Shown in pieces: positions 36,792 through 50,295 of a stretch of DNA of 64,000 nt. The position numbers and the translations under genes were made by a program. Source of the stretch: Podarcis melisellensis (Eukaryota); assembly GCA_964234715.1 (NCBI GenBank), contig OZ174277.1; one strand, 5' to 3'. How positions within the stretch are numbered: position 1 is the first letter of the stretch; the number at the start of each line of letters is the position of its first letter. The notes below the pieces were generated by a model, which was given only the letters and a program-made list of their open reading frames with translations, did not search any database and was not told the DNA's origin.

Positions 36792-38405
36792 GCTAGTTGG
36801 AGAAACAAAGACGTTCTACTTGCCTTTTTGTTCTTAGAAGGTAGATCAAAATGGCCTTTCACTTTTAGGTCCTGTAAAAGTGTGAGGATGAACAAGTTGT
36901 AAACAGGATGCAAATTAAGATGTATCAGTCTAAACTGAGCAACAAGTCAGCATAGAGATAAATATAGAGGGATAGTCTAGGAATCCTGAAGTTCATCAAG
37001 GTATGCGTGCAAACCCCATGCAAACCTCACTCATTAAGCTGAGTTGCACCCGAATTTCCAACAGGAAAGTCATTACTGACAGCAATTTCCACTTTGATGA
37101 CACAGAAGATGCATAGTTTGGTGTGAAAAGATATTGAGAAGGCAGCAGATGCAGTTGGCATACGTCTGCTCCAGCCGTTCTCCAAAATGGCCTGCAACCA
37201 TCCTCTTGCAGCACTTATCCCATCAAACATGACTCCTCTATTCATAAAAAGTACATCAAACTACAAGTTTGGGGGTGTTTTAATACCAGCCCATTCCATT
37301 CTACTCCATTCCATTCACTGCATTCCATTGCTATACAGTATTGCCAATAAGAACCAAAATATGTGGAATAAGGAAGGAAATAAGCCTTGAGCTACCACAA
37401 ATGACATACGTGCACCTCCCAGGGAGTGTCCTCCCTGAGATGGCCCCGAATCACATCTGTCCCAGTGCTTTGTTTACGCACAAACACTGCCAAGGATTGT
37501 GCCCTATAGCCATTAATAGGCAACAGTTATAGAACAGAATAAGATAGTGGAGTTGTGCACTCCCAAATAATCTTGGAGTCACTACAAATGACACACCCAC
37601 TCCTGCAGGACAGTATCCTCTGGAAGTTGATGTTGAATCACATCTAACACACTGCTTAGTTTAGGTGCAGGTCATGTGCCTCCAATGCAACAATAGTTAA
37701 AACTATTTACTATGAGTAAGATGAGTAACTAGGGATGCACATCCCCAAATAAGCTTCGTACCATTACAGATCATACAGTCATATCTTGGAGAGTGTTGTC
37801 CACGAGGTGACAGTGAATTGTGACCTGTCCAACACTTTGGGTGCAAGACACTGACAAAATGTGCTTAAAGGTAGAAGAAATAAGTGGGGATGTGCAGCTC
37901 ACAGTAACCTTTCTGGTACCTCAAATGATGCACCCAAATGTTGAGGAGAGTATGGCCTATGAGAAGCCATACAATCATGTCTGACCCAATGCAGGGTAGG
38001 TGCACATGATGCTGACAGGTGTGTGTGCCCCAGCCAATATTAAGACAAGATTTCGATAAATGAATAATGAACTGGGGGTAAACTTTGGACCACCCCAAAT
38101 TTTATCTCTAAGAATGAATTCATATATATAGGCAATTGTTGCAACAATCAATGGAGTTGGGGCTATCCAATATCAAACTGAAGGGCAGATTATTTAAGAC
38201 TTCACTGCCACTGTATTCCCAGGTGTAACACTTTCCTTTTCTCCCTTAAGAGTAAATGGCATCCATAAACTTATATGGAAGAAACAAAAGGGGTGAATGT
38301 AGGGTTGTGGTTGACTATTTAAAGTGGTATATTACTGCTTTCAACGCCTGGTGCAGATGAAGCCAAGGCCACTCTGCAGTTTGACAAAATGTTGGGAATT
38401 ATATA

Positions 38406-38704
38406 CCGCAGATTCCGGCGTATAAGACAACTTTTTAACCCCGGAAAATCCTCTAAAAAGTCGGGGGTCGACTTATACGCTGGGTATGGGCTCGCTGGGC
38501 AGCAGCAGGCTCTGCGCCGGGAGGAAGCTGCCCAGCGATGCTAAGCCGGTTTCGCTGGGCAGCTGCCTCCCAGCGCAGAGCCCACTGCCCACTGCTGCTG
38601 CCCAGCAAAGCTGCCATGTATAAGACTGGGCGTATAAGTCGACCCCCCAAATTGGCACCTGCCAATTTGGGGGGTCGTCTTATACGCCCAGTCGCCTAAT
38701 ACGG
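38406..38704. mobile_element. Tc1/mariner-type MITE
   Basis: TA-CCG...CGG-TA ends; repeated GCGTATAAG(A/T)C inverted motifs. Confidence 0.7.
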
Positions 38705-38781
38705 TACTTTATGAGTGTTAAAATATCTATTTGTGGTATTACAACTTACAACAGTTCTGCTATCGTACCCAATACTGATGA

Positions 38782-38782
<1 letters not shown>

Positions 38783-38818
<36 letters not shown>
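38783..38818 (+). repeat. (CA)n microsatellite
   Basis: Directly visible. Confidence 0.95.
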
Positions 38819-38819
<1 letters not shown>

Positions 38820-40538
38820 CCAAATATATAAAAAGTATAAATTTTGCTTATCCGCCTCTTTGTGTACATATGCTGCAGTTAATGTCCAAAGTTAAATGAA
38901 TATTGATTCTGACAATTCTAGACATGTTTTGTAAATGTCTAAAGAAAGATAGATATAGATACTAGATATATGCACACATTTAGGAGACTGTCAATTTGGA
39001 CATTTAGGGGATTAATTTGGAATTGAGCTATTTTTGAACATTTGGCTTAATATATTAATTGCAGCTTTATCACTTAAGTAACCAGGCATTTGGACTGAAT
39101 CCATCTTAAGAAATGTTTTCATTGTCCACAGTGCAACACTGGGAGATAATGCCGTATAACATGGACACACAAGAGTAAGCACTGGGATCTGGGCAAACCT
39201 GAGTGTGTTAATCCAAACAAGAAGGGTGTTCACAGATGGCTCAGGGTGAGATTTGGCAGGGTGGTGCTAATGACACTTTTACATGGGAATATCTGGATGG
39301 AAAACATTCCACTCTTCATTTTTACCTCTGAGTGAACAAAGTTTGAACAGAGCTCTTGCTATCACTGGAACAATGCTGCATTGTGGACCTTCTATTTGTA
39401 AACAATAAGCAGAATTATATCTCTATTTTACATATGCAATGTTAAGGGCTTAGTGTGTGTTACAGATCTTACTTTTACAGCCAGGATTCTGTTCTGCTTC
39501 ACTACGGATGACAGAAAAACACCCAAGGTAATTAGTTTGTCACCTCTTTATCACTAATGACTTTCTGAGGTTGAGAACCTCTTATTACAGGAGATTCCAC
39601 GGTCTTGAAAACTTGAAGACAGAACCAGTCCACAGGATTTTATTTTTTTAATGTGATGTAGTCAATCTGCGTTGACTCATCCAATACATATTAGCTAGGT
39701 GTTGAGTTGGACTTCTGAATATTTAGCATAGGATGAGCTGCAATATGGACACACACTCGGGGCTGCTACAAACATGTCAAAATTCCAACAGAGAAAGCTC
39801 TTCTGTGTAGGAAATTGCATTACTGCATGAACTGAACATTAGTGTGATTGCATAAAGCAGTTCACCGCTGGGAAATAAAATGTTACTGAAATTATGGGGA
39901 ATGGGGCCTGATGTAACTGTTATCATAGATTCATTTCACAACTAGTGACTCTGCATATACCTAGAATGCTGGTCAGGTAGATAATTTCTCTGGGAATAAT
40001 CTCTGATGGGTGCAACTGCTACGTGTCCTCCAAAATACTTTTGCACATTGAAAAGTTTAATACTGCAATCACTACTAATTGCACCAGCAGTACCATCAGC
40101 CAAGAAAAAGAGAAATAACACTGTTAAGAAAAGCAATTCAAACAGCGCATTTTAGTAATCATCTCAATAGTAGTTTTTATCATTTTTGGTGTTTCAATCC
40201 AATGGTAAGACTTCATATTTAGACTGCAGTTCTATGAACACTTCTTTAAGAAAAAAAACCTTTTGGAATTTAATGCAAGGTACTTCTGAGTATATGCCTA
40301 TGATGGGCTGCATATTTCTGAGTACTGAGGAACTGTGAACATCATTCATATGAACAAAACAATGTGGTTATTCCAACTGTAAACAAGGAAATATTTTTTT
40401 TAATCAAAATATACTGATTTTCTATTTTGATATGAGGAAGGGTTTGGGATTATCTATTGAAAGTAATGAATCCTTTTAGAAGAAACACTACTACTAAAAA
40501 AAAAAAAAAATTCTCAGCAAGCTAATTTTACTATATAA

Positions 40539-40890
40539 AAAAGGTAAAAGGACCCCTGACCATTAGGTCCAGTTGTGACCGACTCTGGGGTTGCAGCGCT
40601 CATCTCACTTTATTGGTCGAGGGAGCCAGCATACAGCTTCCGGGTCATGTGGCCAGCATGACTAAGCCGCTTCTGGCGAACCAGAGCAGCACACGGAAAC
40701 GCCGTTTACCTTCCTGCCAGAGCGGTACCTATTTATCTACTTGCATTTGGACGTGCTTTCGAACTGATAGGTTGGCAGGAGCAGAGACCGAGCAACGGGA
40801 GCTCACCCCGTTGCGGGGATTCAAACCGTCGACCTTCTGATCGGCAAGTCCTACGCTTTGTGGTTTAACCCACAGTGCCACCCGTGTCCC
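40539..40890 (-). mobile_element. Sauria SINE
   Basis: Same family; TSD AATTTTACT(A/G)TATAA. Confidence 0.92.
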
Positions 40891-42474
40891 AATTTTACTG
40901 TATAAGCAGAAGGAAAATGTTTGTACTGAAAAAAATGAGTTCTGTTGTTCCATTAGCAAAACTATTTTTTAAAGGGCTTGTTAGCTCCGAAACAAATCTC
41001 ATGTGTATGTTCATTTATTACATTTTAGAAAATGTAATTATGCAATGCTACAATCCCATACATGCAGAATTTAGTAAGAATGTCACAGCATATGCCCATG
41101 ATTGTCCATTCAGAAGTAAGGAAACCTGCAAGCCAGTTCAGATCTTCTTTGCTTACATCCTACTAACATTTGAAATGGGTTTGGCTGGGATGCAGGAAAA
41201 GACATCTTGCGTGGCCATGCCCACACCTTGGAACACCCAGCCAATGGAGGCCCATGTCACTTCTCAGATGGCCCTTCTGCCCCTGTGCAAAGACATTTAT
41301 TTTCCAGCAGGCATTTGGCCTGTCAAGGTGTTAATTTTAATCTCCCTGATTTGTTAACTGGAAGTGTTTTATTGGCTTCCTCTTTTTCACATTTATTTCA
41401 TTTTATTTGTCTAATGACCTTCTGTCCTTCCAGAAAATTTCTCGTGAGGCAGCAAAGATTAATATGTGAGTTAAACCAACACATAGGGTAACATCTAGGG
41501 TGCCTATCTGCTAGCACAACATACTTGTGCTATGTGCAACAAGGAGCTCCCCATCCTCTCTGCTTATAGCTTTCTGTATACCCCCAAAATCTGCTTTGGG
41601 GTGGTAGGGGTGGTGGACCCTCTAAAGAAAATGGGATGCTGCAGGATGCTGCAGGGGGAAGAAAGGGAGGGAACGTTTCCCTGTGCCAATGACGTCTGCT
41701 TGTACAATGTGGATATCTCCCATAATAATAAAACACAGAAAATCAGTACAAAATGCCTATAAGAAGAATATCAAGTACCAACAAAAAACACCCAAGTAGG
41801 CAGCTCCAAGATTACAAAGATATAGCTAACCCAAACATGTTGATAATAAGATTGCAAGCTGCCTTGAGCGTGTCTTTTTAATAGATAAATATGCTTGTAA
41901 AAGAAAATATAGCCCTGCTGAGTTCAGTGGGATGTACTCTGGCTGTAAGTGAGTTAAGATGGCAGCATCAATTTGAGAGGCAGTGTGAGTCAAAACAGGT
42001 TCCCACCTCTTAAGCAGTACCACTTCAGCTCACTAAAAATTAACACCTCTCTCTTAACTCTGAACAAACAAGGAGCTTCCTTCATTGCAGACAAACCTTT
42101 CAGAATACAACTGAAAATGGCAGCTGAGCTCTCCTTCCATTGTCCTCCAATTCAATGACTATGAAACATTTCTAACCAGGCAGTGTTGATTGCACTTCTT
42201 ATTTGGGAAAACTGTGTTCTGCCTCTTATCACTACAAAAAGTACTTTTTGTATTTTCTTATGGTGGAATCTTACAAATGATGATGATGATATCTTAGTAA
42301 TTGAACTAATAGGTCACATAATTTAAGGCAGTTTCCATGCATCAAAAATATACAGATTTAAAAACCAATAAAACAAGTACTGTACTGTAGATAACAGACC
42401 ATTAAAAACAAACTAACTAAAGTAGACAAGACAAAAAATGAAACACACAGAGGAGACCAGTAATTATAAAGCAT

Positions 42475-42475
<1 letters not shown>

Positions 42476-42530
<55 letters not shown>
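42476..42530 (+). repeat. (CA)n microsatellite
   Basis: Directly visible. Confidence 0.95.
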
Positions 42531-43467
42531 CCTAAAGCAGCCAGCAAAATTGTCATGGCAGGCTGCCAGGAAAATCAGAGCATTGATGTCTGGGCCAGAT
42601 GACAAAAGTCCATTCACCACATGGAAAAGCTCTGTGCACACTTTCTTCACTGTTATCATTGCCACATAATAGGTGCAATAATGCATGTTCGGTCAGATTT
42701 GCACTACCTACCCTTTTCCCCGTTTCATCGCATGCAGGTCACTAAAGGACCAAGGTGACCTACACACTCCACAGCGTTGGCAAAGGACGTGTATGTTGTG
42801 TGTGCAAACTTTTTGCTTAACTGGAATGTAGTATGCTGTGCAAAGGGTCACATCCCTTGCTCCATGCTCTTTTGTGACTTGTTAAGGTATTGGGTACAAT
42901 CCTAGTCATCAATTCTAGTCGCAAACCATCAGCAGATTCTACCCCGATAGAAGAGTCTTGGTGGAAGTCTTTGTCCAGAAGCCATAGAGCTTCTAGCGGT
43001 AGCTTTAGGATAGCCACCTCTGTAGATCAGCATCTTGGGGGGCCATAATTCTTGGCATGACTCTGAAATGGTTTCAGCCCTCTGGCAGGAGACTGGAACA
43101 GATACACATCCAATGCCCGAGCCAAAGTTCTACCTACGTTTTTGGCCATTTTTAATGCAGATCATTGTCTGTTTGAGTTCATCTCATCACCCCTTAATTC
43201 AACCACTGCCAGGGTGAGGGTGACACTGTGACTGGGACCACAAAGAGTCACATCCCTTGCTCCATGCTCTTTTGTGACTTGTCATACTCACTTTTGCCTC
43301 CAGCTCCACAGCTCTCGAAAATTGCCCACAATAGTATGCTGCGCTTGGGCTGGAAAGAGTTACTCCTCTGCCCCACCCCTCTAAGCCATGAAGAGATTAA
43401 AAATGCTAAAGTGAAATGTTTATGCGGAAGCTTATCACAAAGGCACAAAGGAACTTATATAATTCAT

Positions 43468-44334
43468 TTCTACCTCTATTTCAAATCGGAACCAGTAAAG
43501 GCGGTGAAGGTCCTGTGTGAGTGTCTGGAGGCAGTTGGAGGATGGATGGCAGCTAATGGATTGAGGTTGAATCCTGACAAGACAGAAGTACTGTTTTAGG
43601 GGGACGGGGGTGGATGGGTGTGCCCCTGAAGGACCAGGTGTGCAACCTGGGAGTCATTTTGGACTCACAGCTTTCCATGGAGGCACAGGTCAATTCTGTG
43701 TCCAGGGCAGCTGTCTACCAGCTCCATCTGGTACGCAGGCTGAGACCCTACATGCCCACAGACTGTCTCGCCAGAGTGGTGCATGCTCTGGTTATCTCTC
43801 ACTTGGACTACTGCAATGCGCTCTATGTGGGCCTACCTTTGAAGGTGACCCGGAAACTACAACTAATCCAGAATGCGGCAGCTAGACTGGTGACTGGGAG
43901 TGGCCACCAAGACCACAAAAAAACGGTCTTGAAAGACCTACACTGGCTCCCAGTACGTTTCCAAGCACAATTCAAAGTGTTGGTGCTGACCTTTAAAGCC
44001 CTAAATGGCCTTGGCCCAGTATACCTGAAGGAGCGTCTCCATACCCATCATTCAACCCAGACACTGAGGTCCAGCACTGAGGGCCTTCTGGCAGTTCCCT
44101 CATTTTGAGAAGCAAAGCTACAGGGAACCAGGCAGAGGGCCTTCTTGGTAGTGGTGCCCGCCCTGTGGAACGCCCTCCCATCAGATGTCAAAGAAATAAA
44201 CAACTATATGACATTTAGAAAACATCTGAAGGCAGCCCTGTTTAGGGAAGTTTTTAATGACTAATGTTTTAATGTATTTTAATCTTTTGTTGGAAGTCAC
44301 CCAGAGTGGCTGGGGAAATAAATATATTATATTA

Positions 44335-44383
<49 letters not shown>
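43468..44383 (+). mobile_element. 5'-truncated L2 LINE with (TAT)n tail
   Basis: LRLNPDKTEVL, HALVISHLDYCNALYVGLP, LQLIQNAAARL, LHWLPV motifs. Confidence 0.92.
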
Positions 44384-45321
44384 TTGTAAAGGGGGGGAGA
44401 CTCACTTCCATCAGTATGCCATTCCAATATTGCTACCATTTTGTTGACCAAGAATAACACGGTGGGAGTGGGGGGTGGAGAATAGATAAAGATATGTCAC
44501 TTTGTTAATTAGGCATGGTAGGCATCATGCGGTTCTGCATCAATATGCTAACTGGTTAGAAGCATACATCAGAATCATCACCACCATACCACTGTCGACC
44601 CTTCTCAACTAGGTATTTTCAAGACAATGTGGCTTTTGCTGTCATTAAACAGTGGATTAGGCCTATAATTATGCAGCCACTGAAACTGATTAAACTTGGG
44701 CAGAGTTGCAGTTGGGTAATCTTAGGCTCTGGAGTTAATAGTCGTATGGAGGGCTGTGTGGTATTTCACTTATTTCGAAGTGCAGAAACTAATTCCTGCT
44801 GCATTTGGGGATTCTAATTTTTGTCTGAGTGAGCCAGAAGCACTTCTAAGTCCTGCCTGGTTAGGCAGCACTGACTGCAGTCATAAGCATAGTTTCTTGG
44901 AAGTATGTGCCAACACAGCTTATTTTTGAAGAAACTTGTTTAAAATCAGAATATTCATTTGGTCCAGCTTTTGTTCACCCCTTTCCTACTCTTTATATTT
45001 TACAATCCTGTCATCTGTTTGGCAATTGTATCGAACTTTTGTGGGCAGCATATCCCCAGAAGATTAGCAAAATTGTGACTAGTAAACCTTATTGTTGCAA
45101 CCAAAATAACTCTGACTTGCTATAGGAAAAAAGCATTTTCTTCCTACAATGAAAAAGTGCCTGCTAAAAGTTCTGGAAGTAACAGACATGGACAAGCTGA
45201 TATGTATGGTTTCATCAGATAAATGGACTGATAGATTGGACTTAACTTTCTTACTTAGTATTAAAATCAAAATACTTTGTCAACCAGATTGGAGTTCTTT
45301 GGGCAACATCCACATCTTCTA

Positions 45322-45563
45322 CAGTGGTACCTCGGGTTAAGTACTTAATTCGTTCCTGAGGTCCGTTCTTAACCAGAAACTGTTCTTAACCTGAAGCACC
45401 GCTTTAGCTAATGGGGCCTCCTGCTGCTGCTGTGCCGCCGGAGCACGATTTCTGTTCTCATCCTGAAGCAAAGTTCTTAACCCGAGGTAATACTTCTGGG
45501 TTAGCGGAGTCTGTAACCTGAAGCGTATGTAACCTGAAGCGTATGTAACCCAAGGTACCACTG
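45322..45563. mobile_element. Tc1/mariner-type MITE (CAGTGGTACCTC family)
   Basis: TA TSD; intact TIRs. Confidence 0.88.
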
Positions 45564-46561
45564 TATTTGTGTGATGAAACTTTGCTCTCCTCTCCCTTGC
45601 AGTACCCCCCCTTAAAATCTGTTCCAGAGGGTCCCCCAACCCTCTGAAACAGATTTTGGGAGGCTGAGGGCCTACAGAGGGAGAAAGAAGCAATCTATTC
45701 CACTGGTGGATGGACAGCTTTGGGTTTCCCCCTTTGTATTTATGAAAATATCTCTCTGTTGTGTGCTGCCCTCCCCTTTAAGCATTAACTTCTGCTAAAA
45801 TACCTCAGGACTCTTGCTTGCTTTTGGTCTAAACCTCTAGTGGAGTTATAGGGCTTCTACTTGGTGATTCCAGCTACCTGGTGTGCATATAAAATGCAGA
45901 ACAACTCATTTATATTTCCCACCCCAATATAATTATTTAGCATGATTTACTAAATATTCACTTTGAATGCTGAGCAAAAATAAGAAGCCTTCTTTGATTC
46001 TCATGAGCTTACCAAGAGCAACTGCAACAAGCCCAAGTTGAGCTACATGCTGAATATATACGTTTCACAGGCATTGTTAAAATGCTCAGCTTTCTAGAAA
46101 CTTGAGCAGAAATCTCAATAGTCTTAATGTCTTCCCTACTTGCCTATGACAATTTTATTACATTATACATTATCCCATTCAAGATTTCCCCTCACAGTAC
46201 TTTGGTGAAAGGAATAACACTAACAGATTATTAGGTTTATACATTAAGCTCATACAAAACACAATGGATCTTTCCTATCCATATTTAATTGTGCAAGAGA
46301 GCAATGATGCATTAATAAGGAAGAAATAAACAAAAAATAATACCTATGTTTCCTAGTTGAATAATTTACCTGATGCTTAGCAATAAGTTGATTCTGATGA
46401 CAACATTGTGGTAATATTTTCCCATTTAATCAGTGAATGACTAGAAAATCTGTAATTGTTACTGTCAAGGGAAGGATTCTGGTTAGTGGGCCCTTATTAT
46501 CCGTCCAACTAAGAACAGAGGAGCCCTTCAATGGCAGCTATACAGTTACGGATAAAGGTCT

Positions 46562-46812
46562 AAGAAGAAGAAGAAGAGTTTGGATTTGATATCCCACCTT
46601 TCACTCCCTTTAAGGAGTCTCAAAGCGGCTAACATTCTCCTTTCCCTTCCTCCCCCCACAACAAACACTCTGTGAGGTGAGTGGGGCTGAGAGACTTCAA
46701 AGAAGTGTGACAGCCCAAGGTCACCCAGCAGCAGCATGTGGAGGAGTGGAGACACGAACCCGGTTCCCCAGATTACGAGACTACCGCTCTTAACCACTAC
46801 ACCACACTGGCT
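46562..46812 (-). mobile_element. tRNA/CORE-type SINE (Squam3-like)
   Basis: Pol III A/B boxes on the minus strand, CORE-like body, (CTT)n tail. Confidence 0.82.
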
Positions 46813-46821
46813 CACCACTAA

Positions 46822-46990
46822 GGGCCATGGCTCAATGGTAGGGCATCTATTTGCATGCTAAAAGTCCCTGGTTCAATCCTTGGCATCTCTAGGTAGGGCT
46901 TGGAGAGACTTCTATCCTGAAACCCTGGAGAGCAGTTGCTAGTTAGTGTAGACAATGCTGAATTAGATGGACCTTTGTTTTCTGAGTTGA
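46822..46990 (+). mobile_element. tRNA-Ala-derived SINE (Squam2-like)
   Basis: Degenerate tRNA-like head followed by a body shared with the copies at 22.3, 55.4 and 56.5 kb. Confidence 0.72.
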
Positions 46991-47100
46991 CACACCTTTG
47001 ATTCTCTGGCAAAGTAATGGAACACCAAGTAGTTTGGATCCCCAAAAGAGTGAAGCTACACAAGTAGCCTCCACTTCATTTACTAGCATACTATCTAGAA

Positions 47101-47223
47101 TAAGGTTACCAGATGTCCCCATTTCCCGGGGACAGTCCCTGGATTTACAAATCAGTTCCCATACAAAATCCATTGAAGTTGAAAAGTGTCCCTGGATTCA
47201 TTCAAAAAAATCTGGTAACCTTA
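47101..47223. mobile_element. hAT MITE (TAAGGTTACCAGAT TIR)
   Basis: 14-bp TIR; 8-bp TSD ATCTAGAA. Confidence 0.88.
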
Positions 47224-49309
47224 ATCTAGAACTGTGTGTGTAGCTTCTCAAGCTTTAACTACAGACTCATAGTCTCTTCCTGTTCTTTCATATCAACAAT
47301 CTAGTTTTCAACCAGATTGTACATAAAGCCTCCTGCACTCTTAAATCAACACTTCTATCCACGGTAGGTCACCATTTAATTAAGGCCTCTAAACAAAATA
47401 AATATTCTCAGTGCTGGGGATATTGTGCTATTAATTATACACATTGGGTTCATGTTTAGTTTTTCCCACTAGTATTATATAACATCTTCAAGACTGCTGG
47501 GTTCCTTAATGGGAGAGAGATTATACATGACTGCTTTCTTACGCTGAAAATGGGCTAACCCCACGTCCTGCAGGATTACAACATTCAAATTATGTTAATT
47601 TAATTAAAAGGACAGTGTTAGGTACTTTAGGACCCAAGTGCAGACTTTGTTAATGTAGTACCATCATTTAATCAATCTGATTACATCATCTTCTAACAAC
47701 TGGGCAACTGAGACTGTATGCATTGTTATGGGGTTAGGGTTGGACTAGATGTCCTCTTTGGATCTCAAATAGCCTTGTGATTCTTGACTGTAATATTGGG
47801 GCCGGGTGGTTAATAGAACCAGAAAGACCAGAAGACAATATCTTTATCATTCTGGCAAATGGCCAAGCATCCTCCTTTTGTTAGGGATATTGGGGGCCTT
47901 TAACAAAGGCCAGAGACTGTTAGGGAAGGGGGCATGTCTTTCTCTCTTCTCTTGAGGAATATTGTGGTCCAGGTGTCTGTGTGACGAAAATGAAGACAGA
48001 GTTCAGACTGACAGCAAGACAGACTAGGGAGTTGAGGAAGCACTGAGCTTTGGGGATATTTCTTAGGGTGTTTAAGCCAATATTACCAAATGCCAATAAC
48101 CCACCAGTGAGCTCAATCAGTGGAAACAAAAACCAGAAGGTAGTATCCAGTATCTTAGCACAGTAGACCCACTGAAATGAAAGGACCATAAATTAGTCAT
48201 TGCAATGGGTCTGCTCTGAGTAGGATTTGCATTGAATACAACCCAGTCTAGACACTGAACTCCTGAAATCTCTCACCACTCAAAGAATTGGTGTGAATGC
48301 ATTACAGTATGATCATAATACTGGTAAAACAAGCAACAGCCATTTCTGGACTGCAATGGCCTGGCCACTGTCATCCTTGCACTGGTAACCTCCAGGGAGA
48401 ATTACTTCAGTGTGCTCAGTATAGGATACAAAAAAAGAAATCCTTTGGTCTGCAGTGCTCCTCAAGACAAGGCTCAGCAGGGATGTTGAAAAGAAGCCTA
48501 AGCCCACACAATACAACCGTATACAACCAGAATATTGGGGGAAGGTGTCAAAGTGGCCTTGACATGCGACTTGACTGCTGCCAGGCAGGAAAGGTTTAGG
48601 CCTTTAAATGCTATTCTGCAACTAAAATTATTCATACAGCCAAAGAGGGATTCACTATAGTTTATGGATGGGCTCTACATAGTATATACATTGACCTCAA
48701 TCTGGCTCTGTGTGTAGTGGCAACCTTGCATGTGCAGAGCTGATGTTTTCAGAATGCAAACCATAGGAAACCCCCTGGGACATTGCCAGATACTGCTGGG
48801 TGCAAGCACAATATCCTGTTTCAGATTGAGATGCACAAGGAGTGCCCAGGAAGCTCAATCGGAGTCCAAGCAGGACCATGGTCAGCTCAGTGTGGAGCTG
48901 GGTAGATGCAGGCTAGCTAGATGCACATTAACCAAGAATTTGTAGATTGTACTCCAACAAAATATGGAATTGAGTGAGACATATGTCAGGGGGAGCCAAT
49001 GTAGTGCTGCCCAGATGCTGGGCATCATTCTCCATCAGCCCCAGCCAGCATGGCCAGAGGTCAAGGCTGATGGGAGCTGTAGTACTGTATGTCAAAACAA
49101 ATTCAATACCTTACTATGCAAATACAGTAATCACAATACACAAAGCGCAACAGGCTGAATAATAATAACTGTAAACTGTATTGTTTATTCTTGTAAGTTC
49201 TTGTATAACACAATCCTTAGGTAAAAATAGAAAAGTCCTCAAGGTAACGAGAACAACACAGCTGATGTAGACTGATGTAGAATAAACAATAAGAAAATAT
49301 AAGAAAAGA

Positions 49310-49720
49310 CGAGAGTTGGACCATAAAGAAGGATGATCGCCGAAGAATTGATGCTTTTGAATTACGGTGTTGGAGGAGACTCTTGAGAGTCCCATGGACA
49401 GCAAGAAGATCAAACCTTTCCATTCTTAAGGAAATCAGCCCTGAGTGCTCAATGGAAGGACAGATCTTTAAGCTGAGGCTCTAACACTTTGGCCACCTCA
49501 TGAGAAGAGAAGACTCCCTGGAAAAGACCCTGATGTTGGGAAAGATGGAGGGCACAAGGAGAAGGGGATGACAGAGGATGAGATGGTTGGACAGCGTTCT
49601 CAAGGCTACCAGCATGAGTTTCACCAAACTGCAGGAGGCAGTGGAAGACAGGAGTGCCTGGCGTGCTCTGGTCCATGGGGTCACAAAGAGTCAGACACGA
49701 CTAAATGACTAAACAACAAC
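49310..49720 (+). mobile_element. BovB/RTE LINE 3' end
   Basis: WTIKK...RIDAFELRCWRRLLRVPWTARRSN...SLEKTLMLGK, (CAA)n tail, TSD AAGAAAAGA (49301-49309 / 49721-49729). Confidence 0.92.
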
Positions 49721-50169
49721 AAGAAAAGATGAAATGTATTAATACTGGAATTAGTTTCATAGGTTATATACCATACATATGAACTGTATATGTTGCACAT
49801 ACTGGGCTAGACCTTTACGTTAGGAAATAACCAATAACATGTTTACAGTTGTTATTATTATTCAGCCTGTTGCGCTTTGTGTATTGTGGGAGCCGTAGTA
49901 CAACAGGGGGACCATATTGGCTACTCCTGGCCTAAGTAGTCCTGTTATCAGGATGGTGTCTCCAGTTCTGCCCCCTTTGAGAAAATTCTTGGTACCCTCT
50001 TCCACAGCCACTGGCTCCTGTCGACCCTGGACATAGTGTGATTGCAGAGAAGGGCCCTTCTGAGGAGCAATCCTCCAAGGAGAGAGATAAGGCTATCTTT
50101 TCAGCCAGCAACCCATGCAGATAGTCATTGCTCCCCTGTGGCAGGCTTCTGGGCTGGTTCCTACACCTA

Positions 50170-50295
50170 CAGTGGTACCTTGGGTTACAAACACCTCGGG
50201 GAACAGACTCCACTACCTCGGGTTAAGAACTTCGCCCCAGGATGAGAACAGAAATCACAAGGTGGCGGCAGCAGGAGGCACCAGAGGTACCACTG
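50170..50295. mobile_element. Tc1/mariner-type MITE, internally deleted
   Basis: TA-CAGTGGTACC...GGTACCACTG-TA. Confidence 0.82.

Noticed and set aside
37375-38100. Coding repeat (Sushi or zinc-finger) or CRISPR-like interpretation of the tandem array
   Set aside because: No conserved Cys/His spacing, stops in the frames checked, unit lengths vary, and the context is eukaryotic
40875-41357. 160-aa plus-strand ORF
   Set aside because: Starts in a SINE and crosses a decayed L2-like tail; no recognisable protein
46822-46893. tRNA-Ala(TGC)-like sequence
   Set aside because: Stems are mismatched and it continues into a SINE body found at several other places in the window; it is a SINE head, not a tRNA gene
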